The translations under genes and the position numbers were made by a program. From an uncultured Solirubrobacteraceae bacterium (GTDB taxonomy: Bacteria > Actinomycetota > Thermoleophilia > Solirubrobacterales > Solirubrobacteraceae), in assembly GCA_963841055.1 (NCBI GenBank), contig CAWJAV010000002.1:45045-109044 (forward strand): 64,000 bases of DNA. The letters are read 5' to 3'. Positions 10,311 to 20,426 of the stretch are shown in pieces. Under the pieces are notes generated by a model. It worked only from the letters and a program-made list of their open reading frames with translations. It made no database searches and was not told where the DNA came from. Positions within the stretch are counted from its first letter, which is position 1, and each line of letters begins with the position of its first letter.

Positions 10311-11459
10311 ATGGTCGAGGAGAGCGAGCCACCGGGGCAGGGCAGCAGGATGGGCGAGTCCGACTTCCTCGCCGAGCGCCGTGCGCGGCGCGCGACCGAG
10401 TCGGGCGAGGCGGCCCTGCTGCGGCGCGCGGAGGCCGCTGAAGCGACGGTCAAGACGCTCGAAAGCCATGTAGCGAGCCTGCAGGCGCGACTCCAGGAGG
10501 CCGAGGAGGAGCGGCGCCGCATGGCCGCGCTGCTCGACGCCGAGCGGGCACACGGCGACGATCGCGAGAGCGAGCTGCGCCGGGTCAAGCAGCGCGAGTA
10601 CGCAGAGCAGCAGTTGCGCGTCGAGGCCGAGGACCGGCTGTCGGGCCTCGAGCGCTCCCAGGCCGCCGGGCAAGCGGGGCAGGGGGGCGGCGTCGACATG
10701 ATCGAGCTGTCGGGCCGCGTCGACGACCTGCAGCGCCAGCTCTCGGAGGCCGAGCAGGCCGCGGCCGGCGAGCGGGCCGCGCTGCGCCGCGCCGAATCGG
10801 AGCTGCAATCCCGAGTCGCCGAGCTCGAGCGGCGCGCCGAGGAGATCCAGCGCGGGCTGCTCGCCGAGCGCAGCGCCCGTGAGCGGGCCGAGCGAGAGCT
10901 GGCTGTGATCCGCGAGGGTCACCGGCGGATGGAGGGGCTGCTGGGGGATATCCGGGCGCTGATCGGGCGGCTCGCGACGATGTTGAGCAGCGTTCGCAAC
11001 CGGCCCGAGCCCCAAACCCCGCCCGCGCCCCAGCCGCCGCTCCGCAGCGAGGTGGGCCCGGGCGCCGCGAGCGCCGCCCAGCAGCGCGGGCTGGAGATGG
11101 CAGACGCGCTCGCGGCCGCGGTGGAGCGGTTGCGGGCGAGGGCGCAGACCGCCCCGCCGCTGCCCGTCGATCCCGGCGAGGGGCTCGCGTACGCAGCGCA
11201 GGAGGGCGCTCCGATCCCCGACCCGTCGGCGCCTCCGCCACCCCCGGCGGAAGCTCAGCCTGCCGCTGCCGCGCCCGCACCGGCGCCGGAGCCCGCCGCC
11301 ACCGGACGCGCGCCGCAGCCGCCTCCGAGCGCCGCCGAGCCCGCTCCGAACCCCACCGCCGAGCCCGCGGCGGCCGTCCCGGCGAAGCCGGTCAACAAGC
11401 ACAGCCAGTCGCTGATCGGACGGATTCGTAATCGGCGCAAACAGCGGCGCGCGCGCTGA
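10311..11459 (+). CDS. Coiled-coil protein with Pro/Ala-rich linker and basic C-terminus
   Basis: Long E/R/A/L heptad-like region then PA-rich tail ending SLIGRIRNRRKQRRAR; TAGTTT 7 nt before the ATG. Confidence 0.75.
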   Translation: MVEESEPPGQGSRMGESDFLAERRARRATESGEAALLRRAEAAEATVKTLESHVASLQARLQEAEEERRRMAALLDAERAHGDDRESELRRVKQREYAEQQLRVEAEDRLSGLERSQAAGQAGQGGGVDMIELSGRVDDLQRQLSEAEQAAAGERAALRRAESELQSRVAELERRAEEIQRGLLAERSARERAERELAVIREGHRRMEGLLGDIRALIGRLATMLSSVRNRPEPQTPPAPQPPLRSEVGPGAASAAQQRGLEMADALAAAVERLRARAQTAPPLPVDPGEGLAYAAQEGAPIPDPSAPPPPPAEAQPAAAAPAPAPEPAATGRAPQPPPSAAEPAPNPTAEPAAAVPAKPVNKHSQSLIGRIRNRRKQRRAR

Positions 11460-11495
11460 GCCTCCGCCGCCCGGGCTCCTAGCATTGCGGTACCC

Positions 11496-14400
11496 GTGAG
11501 CAACCCCTCCTGCGCCCATCTCCACGTGCACTCCGAGTACTCGCTGCTCGACGGGGCGTGCAAGATCGAGGCCCTGGCAAAGCGTGCCGCGGAGTTCGGC
11601 CAGCCGGCCCTCGGCCTGACCGATCACGGGGTCATGAACGGTGCCGTCGAGCTCTACAAGGCCGCCCGCAAGCATGGCGTCAAGCCGATCATCGGCTGCG
11701 AGATCTACCTTGTGGACGACCACACGGCGGGTGGGGCGGGGGCTCGTAAGACCGAGCGCAACCACCTGACGCTGCTGGCCGGCGACGACGAGGGCTACCG
11801 CAACCTTGTCAAGCTCTCCTCGGCCGGCTTCCTGGAGGGGCTGCAGCGTGGCAAGCCGACGGTGGACCTCGATCAGATCGAGCGCCACTCGGGCGGCGTG
11901 ATCGCGCTGACCGGCTGCCTGGCGTCGCGCTTCTGCCAGCGGCTGCTCGAGGATCGCGACGCGGACGCGCGGGCACACGCGGACGACCTGCAGCGGATCT
12001 TCGGGCCCGAGAGCGTCTACTTCGAGGTCCAGAAGAACGGCTTGGCGCCACAGGACAAGTGCAACGAGGGAATCGTCCGGATCGCCCGCGAAGTCGGCGG
12101 CTCGCTGGTCGGCACCGGCGACGTGCACTACCTCCGCCGCGAGGACTACGACCACCACACGGCACTCCTGTGCGTGCAGACGAAGAGCACGCTGGCGGCG
12201 CCGAAGATGACCTTCGAGACGAACGAGTTCTACCTGCGCGACAGCCAGGAGATGAGCGACGCCTTCGCCGAGTGGCCCGAGGCGATCGCCTCGACGCTGG
12301 AGATCGCCGAGCGCTGCTCGGTCGAGCTCGAGCTCGACAAGCAGCTGATCCCGAGCTACCCGACTCCGGACGGCGCCGGCGAGGGTGGCTACCTCCGCGA
12401 GCAGGTCGAGCTCGGGCTGCGCCTGCGCTACGGCGACCCGGTTCCCGCCGCGGCCCGGGAACGCGCCGAGATGGAGCTGGCCGTGATCGACAAGATGGGC
12501 TTCAACGCCTACTTCCTGATCGTCTGGGACTTCGTTCGCTACGCGAAGGAGAACGGCATCGCGGTCGGTCCAGGGAGGGGTTCGGCTGCGGGCTCGATCG
12601 TCGCTTACTGCCTCGCGATCACCGACGTGGACCCGCTCGAGTACGACCTGCTGTTCGAGCGCTTCCTGAACCCCGAGCGGGTGTCGATGCCGGACATCGA
12701 CATCGACTTCTCGGTGCGTGGCCGGGAGCGGGTGATGCGCTATGTGACCGAGAAGTACGGCCGCGAGTCGGTGGCCCAGATCGTCACCTTCGGCAAGATG
12801 TTCCCGCGCGCCGCGACCCGCGATGCGGCCCGCGTGCTCGGCCTCGACTACGGCGCGGGCGACCGCCTGGCAAAGCTGATCCCGGACCCGATCATGGGGC
12901 GGGCGCCCTCTTTCGAGGATTGCCTGAAGCAGGGCCAGCCGCTTCGCAAGGCCTATGACGAGGAGCCCCAGGCACGGCAGATCGTCGATGTGGCGAAAGG
13001 GCTCGAGGGGATCGTCCGCAACTCCTCCATCCACGCCGCGGCGGTGGTGATCGCCGACCGGCCGCTGACCGACATCGTGCCGCTCCAGCTCGCCGACGCC
13101 GGCACGGACGAGAGCGGCGAGAAGGTCTACCGCATGGTCACCCAGTTCTCGATGAAGCCGATCGAGGAGATCGGCCTGCTCAAGATGGACTTCCTGGGGC
13201 TGCGCAACCTCGACGTGATCGAGGACGCGCTCGACATCATCGAGCGCTCTGCGGGGACGCGGCCGGATATGACCACGCTGCCGCTCGACGACGCGAACAC
13301 TTACGAGATGCTCGCGGCGGGCGACTCGACCGGGGTGTTCCAGTTCGAGTCCGAGGGCATGCGCGAGGCGCTGAAGAAGGTGCGCCCCGACGAATTCAAC
13401 GACCTCGTGGCGCTCAACGCGCTCTACCGCCCGGGGGCGATGGACCAGATTCCCGTGTACGCCAAGGGCAAGCACAACCCGACGGCGATCTCCTACGCCG
13501 ACGAGCGGCTGCGGCCGATTCTCGAGTCCTCGAACGGGGTGATCCTCTACCAGGAGCAGGCGATGCAGATCTCCAAGGAGCTGGCGGGCTTCTCGGGGGC
13601 CAAGGCGGACGACCTGCGCAAGGCGATCGGCAAGAAGAACCGCGAGGCGATGGCGGCGCTGAAGCCGGAGTTCGTCGAGGGCTGCCGCGCCTCGGGCACG
13701 CGCCCCGAGGTGATCGAGTTCCTGTGGCAGACGAATGAGAAGTCCGCCGACTACTCCTTCAACAAGAGCCATGCGGCCTGCTACGCGATGATCGCCTACC
13801 GCACCGCCTGGCTGAAGGCCAACCACACCGCCGAGTACATGGCGGCGCTCATCTCCTCGGTGATGTCGACCAAGGACAAGGTCCCGTTCTTCGTCGCCCG
13901 CTGCGAGGAGATGGGCATCGAGATCCTGCCCCCGGATGTGAACCTGTCCGACCACGAGTTCACCGTCGGCCCGGGCGGCCGTGACGCGGGCGAGGGCGGA
14001 GCGGGCACGATCCGCTTCGGGCTCGACGCCGTCAAGGGCGTGGGCCACCAGGCGGTCGAGGCGATCAAGCGCGCGCGGGAGAGCGGAGCGTTCTCGTCGC
14101 TGTGGGACTTCTGCGAGCGGGTGGACTGCCGCACGGTCAACAAGAAGTCGATCGAGGCGCTGATCAAGTGCGGGGCGTTCGGCTCGACCGGGGCGACCCG
14201 TAAAGGGATGATGGACGTGCTCGAGATGGCCCAGTCAAAAGGCCAGAAAATCCAGCAGGACGCGCTGATCGGCCAGGGCTCGATCTTCGATCTGCAGGAC
14301 GAGGCGCCCGGCGCGGCTGCGTCGCCCGGCGGGGGCGGTCTCGGGGCGCCCGCCCACCCGGCGATCCTGGGCGAGGAGTACGAGCAGGCCGAGCTGCTGG

Positions 14401-15095
14401 CGGCCGAGAAGGAAGCGATCGGCCTCTTCATCTCAGAGCACCCGCTGAAGCCGCTCAAAGAGGCGCTGCGGACGCGCGTCGAGTGCTCGCTCTCGGCGCT
14501 CGCCGATCGCCGCGACAAGGACCTGGTGACGGTCGGCGGGATCATCACCGAGACCAAGCGGATCCGCACGCGCAACGGCGATCACATGATGTTCGCCACC
14601 CTCGACGACCTCGCGGGGGCGGTCGAGCTGCTCGTCTTCGGCAAGGCCCTCGGCGAACACGAGGCGGCGCTGGTGGCCGATGAGATCGTCCTCGTCAAGG
14701 GCAGGGTGGACCACAAGGAAGCGGGCGCCACCTGCCTGATCGTGCAGAGCGTGCAGCGCTTCGCGCCCACGCAGGAGGAGATCGAGCGGGCGAGCGCCAA
14801 GGCCAAAGCCGCTGCCGCCGCCGCGAAGGCACAGGCGCGCCCCGTGTGCCTGCGGGTCAGCGCCCGCGAGCTCTCCGGAGGGGCGATCGACAGCATCAAG
14901 CAGGCGATCGAGGACTTCCCGGGCGCCGCGGAGGTGGTCGTGGAGATCGACATGGGCAGTGGTCCGCCGCGGCGCCTTCGCCTCGGCGACGCCTATCGCG
15001 TGGCACACACGCCGACGCTCCTGGCGGAGCTCGAGAACGCTCTGGCCCGGCGCCGCAGCGCACCCGCGGCGCCGTCCGCTGCGCTGGCCGGCTAG
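11496..15095 (+). CDS. dnaE: DNA polymerase III alpha subunit
   Basis: PHP HLHVHSEYSLLDG, GPGRGSAAGS, FERFLNPERVSMPDIDIDF, KMDFLGLRNL, YSFNKSH, OB fold. Confidence 0.98.
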   Translation: MSNPSCAHLHVHSEYSLLDGACKIEALAKRAAEFGQPALGLTDHGVMNGAVELYKAARKHGVKPIIGCEIYLVDDHTAGGAGARKTERNHLTLLAGDDEGYRNLVKLSSAGFLEGLQRGKPTVDLDQIERHSGGVIALTGCLASRFCQRLLEDRDADARAHADDLQRIFGPESVYFEVQKNGLAPQDKCNEGIVRIAREVGGSLVGTGDVHYLRREDYDHHTALLCVQTKSTLAAPKMTFETNEFYLRDSQEMSDAFAEWPEAIASTLEIAERCSVELELDKQLIPSYPTPDGAGEGGYLREQVELGLRLRYGDPVPAAARERAEMELAVIDKMGFNAYFLIVWDFVRYAKENGIAVGPGRGSAAGSIVAYCLAITDVDPLEYDLLFERFLNPERVSMPDIDIDFSVRGRERVMRYVTEKYGRESVAQIVTFGKMFPRAATRDAARVLGLDYGAGDRLAKLIPDPIMGRAPSFEDCLKQGQPLRKAYDEEPQARQIVDVAKGLEGIVRNSSIHAAAVVIADRPLTDIVPLQLADAGTDESGEKVYRMVTQFSMKPIEEIGLLKMDFLGLRNLDVIEDALDIIERSAGTRPDMTTLPLDDANTYEMLAAGDSTGVFQFESEGMREALKKVRPDEFNDLVALNALYRPGAMDQIPVYAKGKHNPTAISYADERLRPILESSNGVILYQEQAMQISKELAGFSGAKADDLRKAIGKKNREAMAALKPEFVEGCRASGTRPEVIEFLWQTNEKSADYSFNKSHAACYAMIAYRTAWLKANHTAEYMAALISSVMSTKDKVPFFVARCEEMGIEILPPDVNLSDHEFTVGPGGRDAGEGGAGTIRFGLDAVKGVGHQAVEAIKRARESGAFSSLWDFCERVDCRTVNKKSIEALIKCGAFGSTGATRKGMMDVLEMAQSKGQKIQQDALIGQGSIFDLQDEAPGAAASPGGGGLGAPAHPAILGEEYEQAELLAAEKEAIGLFISEHPLKPLKEALRTRVECSLSALADRRDKDLVTVGGIITETKRIRTRNGDHMMFATLDDLAGAVELLVFGKALGEHEAALVADEIVLVKGRVDHKEAGATCLIVQSVQRFAPTQEEIERASAKAKAAAAAAKAQARPVCLRVSARELSGGAIDSIKQAIEDFPGAAEVVVEIDMGSGPPRRLRLGDAYRVAHTPTLLAELENALARRRSAPAAPSAALAG

Positions 15096-15099
15096 CCGC

Positions 15100-15972
15100 T
15101 CAGCGCCGCCGCCGGCGGCGAGCCGCGAGGCCGCGCTCGCGCAGCCTGCCCGCCAGCTCGACTTCGGCGCGCGGCGGGCCTTCGCGGTTCTCGCCGGGCG
15201 TCTCGAGCACGCAGGCCAGCCGCTGGATGCCGGGCGCCGAGAGGAAGGCGGCGCAACCCGCCTCGCCGAGCTCGCCCTTGCCGATGTTCTCGTGGCGGTC
15301 GCGGTTGGACCCGAGCGGGGTCTTCGAGTCGTTCAGGTGCAGCGAGCGGACCCGGCCGCTGCCGAGCCTGCGGCGAGCCTCCCGCAGGACGCCGTCGACA
15401 CCGGCCGGGGCGCGGATGTCATAGCCGGAGGCCAGCAGATGGCAGGAGTCCAGGCAGACGCCGAGGCGCTCGGATCCGCCCGCCCCCTCGATCAGTGCGG
15501 AGAGCTCCTCGAAGGAGCGCCCGAGCGTGCCGCCCGCGCCGGCCGTGTTCTCGAGGTGCAGCTCGCATCCCGCGGTCTCGGAGAGCGCCTCGGCGATCGT
15601 GGCGCCCGCTCTGGTGAGCGCCTCGCCGACATGGCCCTTCAGTGCCGAGCCGGGATGCAGCACGACGCCCGCGGCCCCGATCCCCTCCCCGACACGCAGC
15701 GACTGGGTGAGCGATGCCAGGGACTTCGCGCGGATCTCGCGATCCTCGCTCGCGCAGTTGACGAGGTACACGGCGTGGATCAGGACGGCCTTCACGGGGC
15801 TCTGAGCCATCGCCTCGCGGAAGGCCGCGAAGTCCTCCTCGACGTACGCGGTGGGGCGCCACATCCGCGGCGACTGGTTGAAGATCTGGATCGCCGTGCA
15901 GCCCCGCTCGACACCCCGTCCGATCGCCTTGTAGAGGCCGCCGGCGGGGGAGACGTGCGCGCCGATCAGCAT
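15100..15972 (-). CDS. nfo: Endonuclease IV (AP endonuclease 2)
   Basis: IGAHVS, QIFNQSPRMW, HAVYLVN, LENTAG, CLDSCH, HLNDSK..GSNRDRH, LETP. Confidence 0.95.
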   Translation of the reverse strand: MLIGAHVSPAGGLYKAIGRGVERGCTAIQIFNQSPRMWRPTAYVEEDFAAFREAMAQSPVKAVLIHAVYLVNCASEDREIRAKSLASLTQSLRVGEGIGAAGVVLHPGSALKGHVGEALTRAGATIAEALSETAGCELHLENTAGAGGTLGRSFEELSALIEGAGGSERLGVCLDSCHLLASGYDIRAPAGVDGVLREARRRLGSGRVRSLHLNDSKTPLGSNRDRHENIGKGELGEAGCAAFLSAPGIQRLACVLETPGENREGPPRAEVELAGRLRERGLAARRRRRR

Positions 15973-16147
15973 TGGGGCATTATCGCCGGGTCGCGCGGCC
16001 GGTGGCGTCCGGGTGCGTTCGGAAGGGTGAAGTCATCGGTGCGCCCGCCTTACAGAACACTTCGCGCCAATCGAATCGGAGGTAGGATGGCGCCACGCCG
16101 GTCTGCCACGGCGGCAGGGCCGGAATCTTCAGAGAGAGGGAGACAAG

Positions 16148-16804
16148 ATGAGGGGAACGGCGAAGGCCGCGCTGGTTTGCGGAATGGTCTGCGTGGCGGT
16201 ACTCGGACCCGCCGGCGGCGCGGCGGCAAGATCCGGAAGCCTCGTATTCAAGACGTTGGGGGGCGAAACGCTCGCGCCCGGTGCGCCCCTGACGCTCAAC
16301 AGCTCGAACTTCCAGCTTGAAGACTCCGGAGGACTCCGAATTTCGTGCTCGCGGGCGACGCTTACGGGGACCCTTGAAAACAACGACGCCGCCGTCGTCG
16401 TCGTCTCCTTCACGGTCGGCGAATTCGTCAGCGAACCGCTGCCGGGCTGTCGGTTCGAACCCAACCTTGGGCCGCTGCTGGAATCCGAGCCCCTTGCGGC
16501 GGTCAAGCTGCCGTGGACTGCACGGTTCTCCTCAAACCTGACGGCCGTCCTCGCGGGCGCCGAAGGAGTCGGCTTCGAAGAGGGCGCCGTCAGCCCGTGC
16601 ACGTGGCTTGGCAAGCAGCTGAAGGGGATATTTGAAGCACCCCTCGGGTTCCTCTCGACGCCCGCGCCGCTGCAGAAGCTCCGTGCCGGCAAGGGCGAGG
16701 CATGCGTGCCGAAAGGGCTGATCAACGCGAAGAAGGCGACGATCGGGGCGGAATGGTCGCTGACCTCCGAAGGGGAAACCGTGCGGGCACGGATCGAGAA
16801 GTAG
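16148..16804 (+). CDS. Secreted hypothetical protein
   Basis: Signal-peptide-like N-terminus, beta-rich, four Cys in the mature part, strong RBS (GAGAGGGAG), more A/T-ending codons than neighbours. Confidence 0.7.
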   Translation: MRGTAKAALVCGMVCVAVLGPAGGAAARSGSLVFKTLGGETLAPGAPLTLNSSNFQLEDSGGLRISCSRATLTGTLENNDAAVVVVSFTVGEFVSEPLPGCRFEPNLGPLLESEPLAAVKLPWTARFSSNLTAVLAGAEGVGFEEGAVSPCTWLGKQLKGIFEAPLGFLSTPAPLQKLRAGKGEACVPKGLINAKKATIGAEWSLTSEGETVRARIEK

Positions 16805-16827
16805 ATCGCGCCGATAGGGTCGCGGGG

Positions 16828-18174
16828 GTGAAGGTCCGCTTCGCCCCCTCGCCCACCGGCGCCCTGCACATCGGGGGCGCGCGCACGGCGCTGTTCAACT
16901 GGCTGCTTGCCCGCCACGAGGGCGGCGAGCTGGTGCTGCGCATCGAGGACACCGACCGGGAGCGCTCGACGCCGGAGAACATCGAGCAGATCCTCGACGC
17001 CCTGAGCTGGCTGGAACTCGACTGGGACGAGGGCCCGATCCTCCAGACCGAACGGACCGCCCGCCACCAGGAGGCGCTGGCGGCGCTGGTGGAGTCCGGG
17101 CACGCCTACCGCTCCCAGGCGACGGCCGAGGACGTCAAGGCCTACAAGGAGCGCCACGGCTCCGAGCGTGGCTTCCGCGGCGAGGCGGAGGGCCAGGGCG
17201 CGGTGCGCCTGCGCGTGCCCGATCAGGGAGCGACGGTCGTGCAGGACGTCGTGCGGGGACCGAATCGCTTCGAGCACGTGCACATGGACGATCCTGTGAT
17301 CGCGCGGGCCGACGGCTCCGTTCTCTACAACTTCGCGGTCGCGATCGACGACCTCGACTCGGGCATCACGCACGTGGTCCGCGGCGAGGACCACGTCTCC
17401 AACACGCCCAAGCAGCTGCTCGTGATCGAGGCCGCCCGCGCGGCCGGCCTGACCGATGCCCCCGACCCGCTCTACGCGCACCTGCCGCTGCTGCACGGGC
17501 CCGACGGCAAGAAGCTCTCCAAGCGCCACGGCGCCGCCTCGGTCCAGGAGCTGCGCGACGCCGGCTACCTGCCGGAGGCCGTCCGCAACTACCTCGCCCT
17601 GCTCGGCTGGGGCGCAGGCGACGACAGCACCGTGCTCTCGACGCAGGAGCTGATCGAGCGCTTCACGCTCGAGCGCATCAGCCGCAACCCGGCGAGGTTC
17701 GACGAGACGAAGCTCAACTGGCTGAACGGTGTCTACATCCGTGAGCTGGACCCCGGTGAGCTTACGCGGCGCCTGGAGGAGTTCACGGGCCGCGGCGACC
17801 TCGGCGAGGCGGCGCGGATCAGCCAGGAGAAGATCCACACGCTGGCCGACTTCTGGCCGCTCTCGGGGGCGCTGCTCGACGGCCCGGGCGATGATCCGGC
17901 GGCGCGTGAGCGCTGGCTGGACGCCGACGGCCGAGCTGCCCTCGCCGACGCTCGTGAGGCGCTCGTGCAGGCGCCCAGCTTCGATGAGGCCTCGATCGAG
18001 ACCGCCCTCTCGGGCGTGATCGAGCGCCGGCAGGCGAAACCGCGGCAGGTCTACCAGCCGCTGCGGGTGGCGATCACCGGGACGACGATCTCGCCGGGGA
18101 TCTTCGAGAGCCTCGCCCTGCTGGGCCGCGAGGAGACGCTGCGGAGGATCGACGCCGCCCTGCAAGCCCGCTGA
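16828..18174 (+). CDS. gltX: Glutamyl-tRNA synthetase
   Basis: RFAPSPTGALHIGG (HIGH), LRIEDTD, THVVRGEDH, KLSKR. Confidence 0.97.
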   Translation: MKVRFAPSPTGALHIGGARTALFNWLLARHEGGELVLRIEDTDRERSTPENIEQILDALSWLELDWDEGPILQTERTARHQEALAALVESGHAYRSQATAEDVKAYKERHGSERGFRGEAEGQGAVRLRVPDQGATVVQDVVRGPNRFEHVHMDDPVIARADGSVLYNFAVAIDDLDSGITHVVRGEDHVSNTPKQLLVIEAARAAGLTDAPDPLYAHLPLLHGPDGKKLSKRHGAASVQELRDAGYLPEAVRNYLALLGWGAGDDSTVLSTQELIERFTLERISRNPARFDETKLNWLNGVYIRELDPGELTRRLEEFTGRGDLGEAARISQEKIHTLADFWPLSGALLDGPGDDPAARERWLDADGRAALADAREALVQAPSFDEASIETALSGVIERRQAKPRQVYQPLRVAITGTTISPGIFESLALLGREETLRRIDAALQAR

Positions 18175-18254
18175 TTCCGGCCGCCGCGGCCACCACCGCG
18201 CGGGCCGGGGTGACCCCGGAAACCCGCACCAGAAAGCGGATTCTCACGCAGACC

Positions 18255-18282
18255 TAAATTCCCCGGGCGGGGATGCCGATAC
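18255..18282 (+). promoter_or_regulatory. Sigma28 (FliA/SigD/WhiG)-type promoter
   Basis: TAAA(18255-58)-N16-GCCGATAC(18275-82), 63 nt upstream of the HDOD-LuxR start. Confidence 0.7.
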
Positions 18283-18345
18283 GGACTCGGAAGCGGACTC
18301 GCCGGCTCGGATGGCCGGAGAACCCAAGGAAGGGGCAACAACCGA

Positions 18346-19488
18346 ATGCAGGCAACGGCTACGGCCAAGAAGGCCAACGGACCCAAGAAGGCGAGCAGCG
18401 CCAAAGGCACACGCACGGCCACGGCCGAGAAGCGTGCGAGCGTCGCTGCCCCCGCGTCCGGAGAGCGCCACCAGAATGAGGGGCACGGTCGCCGCCTGAC
18501 GATGGCCTTCGAGGCCCTGGAGGCCTTCCCTGCCCTCGCCGAGTCGCGCAACCGGCTGCTGTCGGTGATCGCAAAGGACAATGTCGCGACCGCCGATGTG
18601 GTCGCCGCCGTGGAGTCGGACGTCGCGCTGATCATCGCCGTGCTGCGACTCGCCAACCGGGCACAGAGCGCCGCCGGCAAGGTCGACACGGCCGTCGGCG
18701 CGGTCGAGCTGCTCAGCCCGCCGACCGTGCAGGCCGTGGCCAACCGCGTGCGCACCTTCGACTTCTTCGAACGGGCCAGCGTCTGGGACGCGGCGCCCGA
18801 GCGCTTCCGGCTGCACGCCCTGGCCACCCAGCATGCGGCCGACCGGCTCGCCACCGAGGTCGGCTACGAGAACCGCGACCGCCTGACCGTCACGAGCCTG
18901 CTCCACGACGTCGGCAAGCTGGTGCTGCTGCACGCCTACCCCGGCTACCCCTCGCAGGTGCACCGCGGGGCACGGACCCCTGAGGAACGCGTCCACGCCG
19001 AGCGCCGTGAGCTCGGTGTCGACCACGCCCTCGTCGGCGGCGTGTTGATCCGCCGCTGGGGCCTGCCCACCTCCGTGGCCACGCCGATCGAGCGCCACCA
19101 CAGCCCCGAGGCCGAGGGCGAGGCCGCCTTCATCCGCCTCGCCGACATGCTCGCCCACTACGAGCAGGGAGGACGGGTCAATCCCTCCGAGCTGCTGCAG
19201 ACCGCCCGCGCGGTCGGTCTCGGGCCTCAGGAGCTGCGACGGGTGATGTACGAACTTCCCAACACGACCGTGCAGCGCCAGCGCCACGTCGACCCCTGCC
19301 CGCTGTCCGGCCGCGAGCTGGGCGTGCTCCAGCGCTTGGCCGAGGGCAAGGTCTACAAGCAGATCGCCCACGAGCTGACCCTCTCGACCAGCACCGTGCG
19401 GACCCACCTGCACAACATCTACGGCAAGCTCGGCGCCGTCGACAGGGCGCAGGCGGTGCTGATCGCCACCGAGCGCGGCTGGCTGTAG
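18346..19488 (+). CDS. HDOD-domain protein with C-terminal LuxR-type HTH
   Basis: HDOD features (VESDVAL..VLRLAN, LLHDVGKLVL, GVDHALVG..LIRRWGLP, IERHH) plus LSGRELGVL..LAEG..YKQIA..LSTSTVRTHLHNIYGKLG. Confidence 0.9.
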   Translation: MQATATAKKANGPKKASSAKGTRTATAEKRASVAAPASGERHQNEGHGRRLTMAFEALEAFPALAESRNRLLSVIAKDNVATADVVAAVESDVALIIAVLRLANRAQSAAGKVDTAVGAVELLSPPTVQAVANRVRTFDFFERASVWDAAPERFRLHALATQHAADRLATEVGYENRDRLTVTSLLHDVGKLVLLHAYPGYPSQVHRGARTPEERVHAERRELGVDHALVGGVLIRRWGLPTSVATPIERHHSPEAEGEAAFIRLADMLAHYEQGGRVNPSELLQTARAVGLGPQELRRVMYELPNTTVQRQRHVDPCPLSGRELGVLQRLAEGKVYKQIAHELTLSTSTVRTHLHNIYGKLGAVDRAQAVLIATERGWL

Positions 19489-19513
19489 ATCCGTAGCATC
19501 GCGCTCGAGCGCG

Positions 19514-19906
19514 ATGATCTCGATCACCACAAAGTCCCCCTACGCCGTCTTGGCGCTCGCCGAGCTGGGACGTACCGGCGGCACTGAGCCGGTGCCGATC
19601 GGTGAGCTGGCCCGACGGCGGGACGTGCCTGTGCAATTCCTCGAGCAGCTCTTCGCCGTGCTCCGCCGTGCCGGCGTGATCAGCTCCCAGCGCGGGGTCA
19701 AGGGGGGATATCGCTTCGCCCGCTCACCCGAGGAGGTCACGGTGCTGGAGATCGTCGAGCTGCTCGACGGCCCGCTCGGCCGCGACTCGCAGGGGATCTT
19801 CGCCGACGCGGCCGCCGCCGCCCGCCGCGTGCTCGAACAGACGACGATCGCCGACGTGATCGAGCGCGAGACGCGCGAGGCCGGGGCGAGCATGTACCAC
19901 ATTTAG
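19514..19906 (+). CDS. Rrf2 family regulator, CymR-like (no Fe-S Cys ligands)
   Basis: ITTKSPYAV..L, FLEQLF..LRRAG...SQRGVKGGY, EIVELLDGPL, C-terminal MYHI; no cysteines. Confidence 0.88.
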   Translation: MISITTKSPYAVLALAELGRTGGTEPVPIGELARRRDVPVQFLEQLFAVLRRAGVISSQRGVKGGYRFARSPEEVTVLEIVELLDGPLGRDSQGIFADAAAAARRVLEQTTIADVIERETREAGASMYHI

Positions 19907-20027
19907 CCGAGGGGTAACAAAGCCCGCGGTCATTGGGCGTTGCCCGCTCAATAGGTGTCGATCGGGGCGCCTGCGTGGCGCGAGCTTTTCAGAGGAAGGT
20001 GGACCAGCGATGAGGGCGCTGGCCTGT

Positions 20028-20423
20028 CTACTCCGCCAGCCCGACAGCTTTGAGGGCCTGGTCCTGGGAGCCAAAATCCTCCCAGCGCACGATCTTGCCA
20101 TCCCGGAAGTCGAATACGGAGCCCATTGGGACGTCTACCTCGATGCCGCTCGCTCTTGCTCGCACATCGACCCTTCCCCACGCCAGTACCCGCTCACCGA
20201 GGTCGAGAAGCTCGAAGTGGACCTCGAACCTCTCAAAGACCTGCTCGGTGTCCGCGAGGAACTTTTCTATGCCCGCGATCCCGCGGTATGCCCCCTCGGT
20301 CCCGGCGCGCTGCGGAAGCCACACCACATCTGGGTGAAAGACCGAGCGAAGCTCCAGCTCGTCGATCGCCTCGATGTCCGTCTCGAAGACACGGCGCACG
20401 ATCTCCACGTTCTCCTGCGACAC
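20028..20423 (-). CDS. SnoaL-like / NTF2-family protein (cassette D)
   Basis: MSQENVEIVRR...HPDVVW...YRGIAG...FRDGKIVR...ALKAVGLAE. Confidence 0.88.
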   Translation of the reverse strand: MSQENVEIVRRVFETDIEAIDELELRSVFHPDVVWLPQRAGTEGAYRGIAGIEKFLADTEQVFERFEVHFELLDLGERVLAWGRVDVRARASGIEVDVPMGSVFDFRDGKIVRWEDFGSQDQALKAVGLAE

Positions 20424-20426
20424 CGC

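Noticed and set aside
11496-15095. Intein or split in DnaE
   Set aside because: The length is normal and there is no C/S...HN splice motif; only short Gly/Ala-rich loops.
18175-18345. tRNA-Gln/Glu often found after gltX
   Set aside because: No cloverleaf or GTTCGA T-loop is visible; only a GC hairpin and a sigma28-like promoter.
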